From a virus (taxonomy: Duplodnaviria > Caudoviricetes), in the IMG/VR virus record IMGVR_UViG_3300014208_000386, positions 1 to 31,421 of that record: a stretch of 31,421 nt of DNA; one strand, given 5' to 3'. The stretch's first letter is position 1. The number at the start of each line of letters is the position of its first letter. Shown here one piece after another: positions 1 through 7,169 of the stretch. A program made the position numbers and the translations under genes. The notes under the pieces were generated by a model. The model ran no database searches, had not been told where the DNA came from, and saw nothing but the letters and a program-made list of their open reading frames with translations.

Positions 1-62
1 CGGAATTTTGCCTCTAATTCTTTGCCACCGGACACATCTGCTTTAGTGCCCCGTTTCGCCAT
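1..62 (-). CDS. Partial ORF (N-terminus), probable HK97 gp10-like tail-completion protein
   Basis: ATG at 62 reads MAKRGTKADVSGGKELEAKF to the window edge. Lies right after the head-closure gene. Confidence 0.45.
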   Translation of the reverse strand, partial: MAKRGTKADVSGGKELEAKF

Positions 63-64
63 AA

Positions 65-391
65 CTAACCAACCCCTGTTTGTAATTGTTCTTCACCGGT
101 ATTTAACAATACATCCTGAGCTTTTGCATAGTCAGCAACATACACGATAGGGAGTTCCAGTGCGCCATATAACAGTCTGTTTCCAATTTTTAAATTAGCG
201 TTACTACCCTTGTAAAAAAACCTATATTTAACATCTTGGGTAAAACCATGTTCACTTAATGCAAGTTTGTTTCCATATGGAAGTAAGGTTCCCTCAACCT
301 CTTCAATGGTTGTCCATGTTCTTGAACCAATCATTTCAGTGTCGTATGATACAGTATTACTTTGTATCGTGACCTTTCTCTTCAGTGACAC
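65..391 (-). CDS. Head-tail adaptor / head-closure protein (SPP1 gp16-like)
   Basis: 108 aa, begins LKRKVTIQ...WTT, follows the connector gene. Confidence 0.65.
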   Translation of the reverse strand: MSLKRKVTIQSNTVSYDTEMIGSRTWTTIEEVEGTLLPYGNKLALSEHGFTQDVKYRFFYKGSNANLKIGNRLLYGALELPIVYVADYAKAQDVLLNTGEEQLQTGVG

Positions 392-1246
392 TTAGATCAC
401 CCTCTTTGCATATTTATCAAGTGTTGCCTGAACATCCCAAGGTAGTCCTTTGAGATATTCGCTTGACAAAGGACCGATTGTTTCTCTGACTAGTTGTTTG
501 GACCCAATCATTTCGTAGTTAATAGCCACCATAGTGATAGTTACATCTTCTATATCCCAAGGTAGGTTTCTTGACGTCTCTGGTTCCAACGTATACCCAG
601 CTGAATAGACCACTCCAATATTGTCCACCGGGGCCGTCAATTCACCGACAAGTCCGGTCAGATAACCGTAAAATGTCCAGCCACTTTCTTTAAATATGAT
701 TCCTTGGTCATGGTAGGTCTGGTCGCTCGTCACATAGTCTGTTCCTGCGGTCAATGCGGCAGAATCTACTTTCACGGAAGCAATTTTATTTATCGGGTAC
801 TGGTTTAAAATAAGCCTCTGCCTGCCTGAACCTTTATGATATTCGGTGTAGGTATCTGCAATAAAGTTACGATTGCAAGCCTTGGAAATATCGGTGGATA
901 CTTTATTTATTAAACGTTCGAGAATCTTGTCTTTGCTATAGTCCCATGCAAAATAACGGTAACTTGAACAGGTTATATCACCGGTTCGAACTGCGGAAAA
1001 CGTAACTGTGCCAGCGGAATAGTCAATCGTCATTACTGAAGTAGATACAGTACTATTTGGCGATACTGCACCCTCATAAAATGTGCCGAAATAGTTCGGA
1101 GCCAAGTCGGTGTGTGCAAACGAAAATGTTACATCGGCGGTGTCTGCCGTTAAAGTCTCAGAACTTGTCACGGCTGTTAGTGTATATAATTTCAAGTAAA
1201 GTCGGACCTCAGCAAGACTCGTAAGACTTTGTTCAATTAATGGCAT
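392..1246 (-). CDS. Head-tail connector (gp6/gp15-like) with an inserted Ser/Thr-rich domain
   Basis: LTSLAEVRLYL...LERLINKVS.DI..ACNRNF...YSAGY...LPWDI...V..TLDKY pattern. ATG at 1246 follows AAGGAG (track start 1255). Confidence 0.75.
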   Translation of the reverse strand: MPLIEQSLTSLAEVRLYLKLYTLTAVTSSETLTADTADVTFSFAHTDLAPNYFGTFYEGAVSPNSTVSTSVMTIDYSAGTVTFSAVRTGDITCSSYRYFAWDYSKDKILERLINKVSTDISKACNRNFIADTYTEYHKGSGRQRLILNQYPINKIASVKVDSAALTAGTDYVTSDQTYHDQGIIFKESGWTFYGYLTGLVGELTAPVDNIGVVYSAGYTLEPETSRNLPWDIEDVTITMVAINYEMIGSKQLVRETIGPLSSEYLKGLPWDVQATLDKYAKRVI

Positions 1247-1270
1247 TCCGACCACTCCTTTAAAAAAGTA

Positions 1271-1297
1271 AAACAGGAAAGGGCGATTTCTCGCCCT
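1271..1297 (-). terminator. Intrinsic terminator-like hairpin
   Basis: Minus strand AGGGCGA-GAAA-TCGCCCT followed by TTCCTGTTTT. Confidence 0.6.
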
Positions 1298-1298
1298 C

Positions 1299-1379
1299 CT
1301 ATTTCATCACAATCTTTTTACTCGACGGCTTCTTTTTGTCGCCGGGTTTAATCATCTTATCTTTTTCAGGTCTTTTCAT
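1299..1379 (-). CDS. 26-aa Lys-rich small protein (not in ORF track)
   Basis: GAGGTGA RBS then ATG: MKRPEKDKMIKPGDKKKPSSKKIVMK*. Fills the gap before the terminator. Confidence 0.55.
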   Translation of the reverse strand: MKRPEKDKMIKPGDKKKPSSKKIVMK

Positions 1380-1390
1380 AAACTCACCTC

Positions 1391-1864
1391 TTAGACAGCA
1401 GGTTCGATCACAGCATCACCGAGGACACAGGTGACTGATACCACTGCAGTTACAGTGCATGCACCGGTAGGGGTTAAATAAACCTGCAGATACCGCTTGA
1501 GTCCTGATAAGTCAATGTTGAGGTCATCTGCTATCTGTCCATCAATAACTAACTGTCCTGCCGTTGTTGCGGCCGTTCCACCAGCAGACTGCGCCGGACG
1601 AGTTTGCATAGTATATACCCCAGTCTGTACAGCAGTCCAAGTTGACTTATCGTCACTTTGATAAAGCGTGAACACCGTGGAATCACCTGTATCAGCCGCA
1701 GTATGACATCCGTGCATCTGCACGAAATAAGCAGACAAGAAACCTTTTCTGTCGATTACACCAGTACCGGCCCCTGCACTCACATGTGCCGATGTAGCTC
1801 CGGCGGATATACTAGTTACTATGCCATATCTTTTTACTACTTGTTCAATAAGCTTACGTCTCAA
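1391..1864 (-). CDS. Putative capsid decoration/cement protein (Bbp16-like)
   Basis: Directly after MCP with AAGGAGG RBS. Ala/Gly/Thr-rich, with L.QSDD..TW and GLKRYLQV motifs. Confidence 0.55.
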   Translation of the reverse strand: MRRKLIEQVVKRYGIVTSISAGATSAHVSAGAGTGVIDRKGFLSAYFVQMHGCHTAADTGDSTVFTLYQSDDKSTWTAVQTGVYTMQTRPAQSAGGTAATTAGQLVIDGQIADDLNIDLSGLKRYLQVYLTPTGACTVTAVVSVTCVLGDAVIEPAV

Positions 1865-1895
1865 TTAAATTACCTCCTTAGATTAATTTGAAATT

Positions 1896-1916
1896 AAAAA
1901 GAGGCTTGGCGCCTCT
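1896..1916 (-). terminator. Intrinsic terminator after major capsid gene
   Basis: Minus strand AGAGGC-GCCAA-GCCTCT-TTTT. Confidence 0.7.
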
Positions 1917-1920
1917 CAAC

Positions 1921-3108
1921 TTATGCCGTTGGATAGTTCCATACCAGGAATGCACTATCGTGCCGCAGTGCCATGTCATGCTTAGAAGTGATTCTTAACA
2001 CGGTCTGGTCTTGGGTGAACGCTGACTGATAACTCGATCCGTCATACCACGAAGCTTCCTTGGAAGCCATGAATTCAAAGGCCATTTCATCCCCAAACAA
2101 GAATTCGGAGAAGTCGCCAAGGAATATATCGAAGTATGTAGTTCCGGCAGTACTATTCGCGGTTGTGATCTGGTTGGATATTCCGAATGGGAATCCTTCG
2201 AGTTTACCACCCTTCATTTCATCACGATAAATGTACTGGTTGGTAGTGGTTTTCAGGTTGTATAGCGCACTCCAAATTTTGCTGTTGAAAATCCAACCCG
2301 GCTTTAACATCGGCACGTTTGTGTTCATCAGATTTCCCACCATGGTTCCGATAATATCTGCAGACAGTGTGGCTGCGGCAGAAGCTATGGTGATATTAGC
2401 GGTAGTAATGCTGTTTTTAATGCCAAGTGGAGTATAGGCTGTTCCGGTGCCATACATGGCTGTATAGTCGATTTTCAACTTCATCTGATTAATCATGTCG
2501 TCTCTGATCATCACGTCAGCTGCGTATGAAGCATTCCGGATTAGGTCATTGGATACGGGGACAAGAGTAACATTCCTTTTTGAACTCAACTTGACATTCC
2601 CGAAGGTTTGCTGGGACTTGGTGGCATCTTGGCTTTCACCTACATAGTAGGAAGTAGCTCCTCCAGTCAGTTTTGGCATATTCAGGTTCCCGCCAGGAAT
2701 CGGCACAAGTCTACCGCCGAGTTCCATAACACAGGTTTTCGACAGCAGAAGAGGAATAATCTCGGCACTGTAACGCTCACCGATAAGGAATCCACCTTCA
2801 CTCGGTGTAGTAGCTGACAAGTCCTTCAGTAATGCGTGTACCTGTTTGTCAGTAGGATACATGGCTTTTGAGGGGTGTTGCCCGCCAGTGGCGTAACTTA
2901 ACGCACCCTCTGGATCATTCTTTGCAAGGCATAGGCATTTGATTGCCCGGGCCATTGTCAAGCCAGCATCCTCCGGACTAGGTGCTTTTACTTCCTCCTG
3001 ATGTTTTTGCACGAAAATATTCTCATATTTGCGCTGTGTTTCTTGCAACGGCGCGATTTGTTCGCTTACAGTCTCTTTGATTAAGTCTTTCAGTTCATCC
3101 ACTTTCAT
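1921..3108 (-). CDS. Major capsid protein (HK97 fold)
   Basis: SEGGFLI, YYVGE, VPVSNDLI, GTG..PLGI, GDFS motifs; 395 aa; follows the protease. Confidence 0.95.
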   Translation of the reverse strand: MKVDELKDLIKETVSEQIAPLQETQRKYENIFVQKHQEEVKAPSPEDAGLTMARAIKCLCLAKNDPEGALSYATGGQHPSKAMYPTDKQVHALLKDLSATTPSEGGFLIGERYSAEIIPLLLSKTCVMELGGRLVPIPGGNLNMPKLTGGATSYYVGESQDATKSQQTFGNVKLSSKRNVTLVPVSNDLIRNASYAADVMIRDDMINQMKLKIDYTAMYGTGTAYTPLGIKNSITTANITIASAAATLSADIIGTMVGNLMNTNVPMLKPGWIFNSKIWSALYNLKTTTNQYIYRDEMKGGKLEGFPFGISNQITTANSTAGTTYFDIFLGDFSEFLFGDEMAFEFMASKEASWYDGSSYQSAFTQDQTVLRITSKHDMALRHDSAFLVWNYPTA

Positions 3109-3109
3109 G

Positions 3110-5338
3110 TTAATTACCTCCTTGAATTTGATTTTTTACTGCTTCTTGAATTATTGTCTTGAGTTCCCCGGGTTCAATGTCTAGTTCGATATCATCAGGG
3201 TCTTTTGCAGGTTCTGGCAACTCTATAGCATCAAGGTCTATTTCATCCTTGTTTGCATCGGGATCCACAGCAGGGGATTCCTGCTTCTCGGTTTTTTGGC
3301 ATAAAATAAGCACCTGATTTTTTAACTCATCAAGTGCCTGCTTTATTTCGTCCGACATCTCAACTTTTACGTTGAGTTTGTCAGTCGATGCGGTTCGCGT
3401 GGCCGACATCATCGGTTCCATCATTGGCATTTCTACAGTCATCTGTGCCGTCATAGTGGGTTCCATCGGCATTGTGCCTTCGATAAACTCTTTCAGCTTG
3501 TCTTGGGAAGCCTTCATCGCGCCATAGCATTTGTGCATGTCATCATGTATCGCCTGGAGTGTTTCACGGTTCTTGGCCGACAGTGAAGCCCCGGATTTTT
3601 GCTTATGTGACTTAGGCACATAAACTTCATCCAACTCCACGCCTTCACTTGTCAGTGTGGCTATTCCGTCCTTAAATTCGTATTGGTAGAGATAGTACTT
3701 ATCCATTTTTTCGATGATTACGTTACCACTGGGATAATTGACGGGGTAAATGTCTTCAATGTAAGGTCCGCCGCGTGTGTAAATTTCAGCAGGGTTAACT
3801 ACATTCCAAAGCGCCTCAAAAATGTCGGATACGGACGGGTTGCCTTCCAAGTCGGCTTTCTTAGTCTGCGGTTTGGCAGAACCGGATTTCATTCCCCCGT
3901 GCGCCTTTGGTGTTCCTCGTGTGTGCATAGAACAATCTACCTTGCAACAGGCACCGCACATTGTTTGACACATCGCCTGACACATGGCGCAGCAATCCAT
4001 TTTGCAATCCTTTTCGCAATCCTCGCACATTTTCTGGCAACACATCATGCAACCTTGACAGCATTCCATTCTTTGTTCGCAGGGCTGGTTTTCACACATT
4101 ACACAGCAGGTATGCGGGCAACATTCCGTTTTGGTCATAGCTTTTAATTCAGCCTCGGTGTAAGACTTGAATTCAGGCGCGGTTTTCCCGAAATCTGCAT
4201 AATGTTTCGCAATGTGTTCATATACGCTTTTTTTGTCATCTTCCGGGATATCTACCCCGCCACGTGCGCCAAGAAGTGCGCCCATGGCGGCGGATACGGC
4301 ACGCCAAACTGTCTTTTTGTCTGCCTGCAGGTGGTGCGGTAGTTTGTATGACTGTTTGACATCTGCGTTAGCATCGTCGAACCATGCACACATCAATTTT
4401 AAGTCGGCCACTTCTGCGGCGGCGATTTCTGCGGGACCATCCCACGCGGTACCTTCATCTGCAAGTGGATATTTTTTGTAGGGGATTGCGGATTTTTGTT
4501 CCACGTTTTCACATCCTTTCGTTAAATCTTCATGTTCACTTAGCCATGTTTTAGCATCTGCCAAATCCCAACCATCTTCTTTAGGAAATATAACTGATTG
4601 AACAGTTAATGTTTCTTCATCTTTTAATCTACCCATGACTGAATTTACCCGGGGTTTATCTTTTTTTATTGGCACAGTTCTAAAACTACCTTCTTGAAAT
4701 AGCTCAGGATCACGAACTCTAAATCTTAAACTTGTTTCTGTTTCATCCCAACCTGGTTTGGTAGTGATTTCTTTTGCTTCTTCAAACATTTTCAACTCAT
4801 TATCATTTATGATTCCTTTACTTCTAGCTTCTAAAAGTGCATCTGGGCATGAAGGAACGGGCACCAAAGATAATTCCAAGAGAGATTGCTTTTTATATCG
4901 TTTCCCAATATATGATCCATTTTCCATGATAGGTTCAGATTCTTTTCCAATAAATCCTACCGAAACGGCTCGCATATACCCGTTACGGTACATGTTATAT
5001 GCCAAATCAACATTTTTGGCATGTTCGGCAATCATCTCAGGTGAATTCGGATATGATGTTAACTCTTCAATGGTTGGAAATCGAACTTCAAACATGAGTT
5101 GCTTGCTAGTTGAGTCAATATAAGTTTTTTCCGAGCGAGCATACGGAAATTTATCGTACTCATGAAATCCAAGGATAATGGGATTGTTTTTATAGTCGGT
5201 CAAATCCCAACCGCTGGCCTCGATAATATCTCCATCACGATCTTGAGTTTCCGTAGAACCCACCATCAATAATTTTCTATCTTCCTCCTTTCCTAATTGT
5301 TTAATCTCAAAATTAAAGATTTTTTTAATCTTGTCCAA
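3110..5338 (-). CDS. HK97-family prohead protease fused to accessory, Cys-rich and scaffold-like domains
   Basis: N-terminal STETQDRDGDII, NPIILGFH, AVSVGF, LLELSLVPVP motifs, then about 560 aa of extension ending in an acidic tail. Confidence 0.92.
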   Translation of the reverse strand: MDKIKKIFNFEIKQLGKEEDRKLLMVGSTETQDRDGDIIEASGWDLTDYKNNPIILGFHEYDKFPYARSEKTYIDSTSKQLMFEVRFPTIEELTSYPNSPEMIAEHAKNVDLAYNMYRNGYMRAVSVGFIGKESEPIMENGSYIGKRYKKQSLLELSLVPVPSCPDALLEARSKGIINDNELKMFEEAKEITTKPGWDETETSLRFRVRDPELFQEGSFRTVPIKKDKPRVNSVMGRLKDEETLTVQSVIFPKEDGWDLADAKTWLSEHEDLTKGCENVEQKSAIPYKKYPLADEGTAWDGPAEIAAAEVADLKLMCAWFDDANADVKQSYKLPHHLQADKKTVWRAVSAAMGALLGARGGVDIPEDDKKSVYEHIAKHYADFGKTAPEFKSYTEAELKAMTKTECCPHTCCVMCENQPCEQRMECCQGCMMCCQKMCEDCEKDCKMDCCAMCQAMCQTMCGACCKVDCSMHTRGTPKAHGGMKSGSAKPQTKKADLEGNPSVSDIFEALWNVVNPAEIYTRGGPYIEDIYPVNYPSGNVIIEKMDKYYLYQYEFKDGIATLTSEGVELDEVYVPKSHKQKSGASLSAKNRETLQAIHDDMHKCYGAMKASQDKLKEFIEGTMPMEPTMTAQMTVEMPMMEPMMSATRTASTDKLNVKVEMSDEIKQALDELKNQVLILCQKTEKQESPAVDPDANKDEIDLDAIELPEPAKDPDDIELDIEPGELKTIIQEAVKNQIQGGN

Positions 5339-5365
5339 ATTTACAACCTCCTTAATTTTAACATT

Positions 5366-5386
5366 AAAAAAACACCATTAGGTGTT
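5366..5386 (-). terminator. Terminator-like hairpin
   Basis: Minus strand AACACC-TAAT-GGTGTT-TTTTT. Confidence 0.5.
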
Positions 5387-5906
5387 AATTACCAGATTCA
5401 AACCAGTTCCAATGCACGACAAAACTTGTGTTTGCAGTTGTATGATTAATTATTTTCATAGAATAATCTGTATTTTTTTTAAGAATTATTTCAGTTCCAA
5501 GTATATCCAGAGTAGCGGCTGAAACAGATTGGCCCACACCGCCACTAGTCCCAAATATTCTTTCTTTGGTAATTAAAGTTCCATCACTAGTAGGAGTTGG
5601 AGGATCGGAATAGGCTGTAAATTGTGCAGTTTTAGCTGAGTTTCTGTTCTGATTTATTGCATTTATGGTAGTTGTTCCATTGGCAGTAAAAACAGAGGAT
5701 TCATAAATTTCAAATGATACATCTGTTCCATTGTGATTAAAATTCATAGTTTGAAAATGCACAACTCTATCGGCTCCGCTTTTACCCTGCAGATATAATG
5801 TACCACTACCTGTAATAGTTGATTCTACGACAGAACCAAAAACAGTTCCATAATATAAAAATTGAACTATATATGGCGTGTCTCTAACTACAAAAGGAGT
5901 ATTCAA
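5385..5906 (-). CDS. Hypothetical Thr/Ser-rich beta-type protein, possibly virion-associated
   Basis: 173-aa ORF coupled to the upstream gene inside the head module. Confidence 0.6.
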   Translation of the reverse strand: MNTPFVVRDTPYIVQFLYYGTVFGSVVESTITGSGTLYLQGKSGADRVVHFQTMNFNHNGTDVSFEIYESSVFTANGTTTINAINQNRNSAKTAQFTAYSDPPTPTSDGTLITKERIFGTSGGVGQSVSAATLDILGTEIILKKNTDYSMKIINHTTANTSFVVHWNWFESGN

Positions 5907-5907
5907 A

Positions 5908-6282
5908 TTACCTCAACTCCCATATTCCAATATCTGTCTGGTTCTCAGTTGTCAATCCCCATACGGAAACAGGATCGCTTGGATCGAATTTTAAAGTCAC
6001 ACCTGTTCCTGAGTTCAATAAATATCCATCAACTGAAGTAACTGCACTTGTTAATCCTATTAAGACTATATCGCTGGAATCATTAATAAGAATTAAAGAA
6101 TGTCTATTGGTTAAATTGGCACTTCCGACATTTAAAGCAGTTGCAATTGCGGATAACGTAACTCTGCCTATTAATGATCCGCTTCTAATTGTTACATCAT
6201 GTATCCCGGCTAGATTCACTAAACTTCCATCTTCTTTTATACTCCTTAGGCTGTTAACGCCAAATGAGTTGATGTCAGTCAT
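5908..6282 (-). CDS. Hypothetical beta-rich protein, possibly virion-associated
   Basis: 124 aa with GAGGCGGTGA RBS and alternating hydrophobic pattern. Confidence 0.6.
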   Translation of the reverse strand: MTDINSFGVNSLRSIKEDGSLVNLAGIHDVTIRSGSLIGRVTLSAIATALNVGSANLTNRHSLILINDSSDIVLIGLTSAVTSVDGYLLNSGTGVTLKFDPSDPVSVWGLTTENQTDIGIWELR

Positions 6283-6295
6283 TTGATCACCGCCT

Positions 6296-6769
6296 CTACA
6301 AATTAAATGGTTGCAGTATCACCGTAACTGAACTTCCCGCCGTCATGCCAGATGTCAGTGTTGTAGAAAATCCAAGATAGTCAGGCAATCCGGTAAATCT
6401 TACCGTTCTACTTCCGGTCACTGCACCCGTGGTCATTTGTGCCGAAGTATCTTTGTCGTAAATTGGAACCATTGTCCCGCCGCTAGATAATGAACCGGAA
6501 ATTAAAACCGAGGCAGTTTTGCCAGAAGTTTCTACCGTAGTTTGCAGTAATATTGAATTGAATCCGACAATGCTCGTCGCGCCGGAAGTAGTAGTTATAT
6601 CTGCTGTTAGGGTTCCCGTTAATGTTGCTGAATAGGCGGTTGTGGTACTACCTTTCAGAAAACTTCCGATTGTTACATTTCCTGAAACAGCTACGGTTGC
6701 GGTTCCGGTGAAGTTAATCAAACCTGCACCAGTTGTTTCATCGCCTTTCCATTGCCAAATATCAGACAT
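6296..6769 (-). CDS. Thr/Ser/Gly-rich hypothetical protein, possibly virion-associated
   Basis: About one third Ser+Thr by hand count. ATG at 6769 follows GGGGTGA (track start 6778). Confidence 0.6.
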   Translation of the reverse strand: MSDIWQWKGDETTGAGLINFTGTATVAVSGNVTIGSFLKGSTTTAYSATLTGTLTADITTTSGATSIVGFNSILLQTTVETSGKTASVLISGSLSSGGTMVPIYDKDTSAQMTTGAVTGSRTVRFTGLPDYLGFSTTLTSGMTAGSSVTVILQPFNL

Positions 6770-6923
6770 TTGTATCACCCCACCTTGAATTGATTAAGTT
6801 TGTTGCTTTTATGTCCACAACCTCAAAATGTTTTAGTAGGGCCCGTCTAAATTCAGCTGTGATTGCGAGGGAATCTTTCTGACAACTTTCCATTTTCAAC
6901 ATATCAATCTTATCTGTTAACAT
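6762..6923 (-). CDS. 53-aa hypothetical protein (not in ORF track)
   Basis: AAGGAGG RBS then MLTDKIDMLKMESCQKD...WGDTNV*. Stop overlaps the start of the next gene. Confidence 0.6.
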   Translation of the reverse strand: MLTDKIDMLKMESCQKDSLAITAEFRRALLKHFEVVDIKATNLINSRWGDTNV

Positions 6924-6951
6924 AGGGAACCTCCTTAAATTTTTGGCATAG

Positions 6952-6972
6952 AAAAAGCACTCGTGTGAGTGC
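6952..6972 (-). terminator. Intrinsic terminator
   Basis: Minus strand GCACTC-ACAC-GAGTGC-TTTTT. Confidence 0.7.
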
Positions 6973-6982
6973 CTAATTTAAA

Positions 6983-7162
6983 TCATTCTTTTCGTTCCCA
7001 TAAAATATCATTGTCTTGCTCCGGATGTTTTTTTATATGTCTAAAATTTCCGGTTAATATGTCATATGGAATGTCTTTATCCAAAAAAGCTTCGCACCTA
7101 AAACCTGTCTCATCAGGAAGAAAATACTTACAAGACGGACACTGTTTTGATAATTGAGTCAT
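6983..7162 (-). CDS. 59-aa Cys/His small protein downstream of the MuF fusion (candidate immunity or partner protein; not in ORF track)
   Basis: GAGGTGA RBS then MTQLSKQCPSCKYFLPDETGFRCEAFLDKDIPYDILTGNFRHIKKHPEQDNDILWERKE*. Confidence 0.7.
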   Translation of the reverse strand: MTQLSKQCPSCKYFLPDETGFRCEAFLDKDIPYDILTGNFRHIKKHPEQDNDILWERKE

Positions 7163-7169
7163 TTAATTA

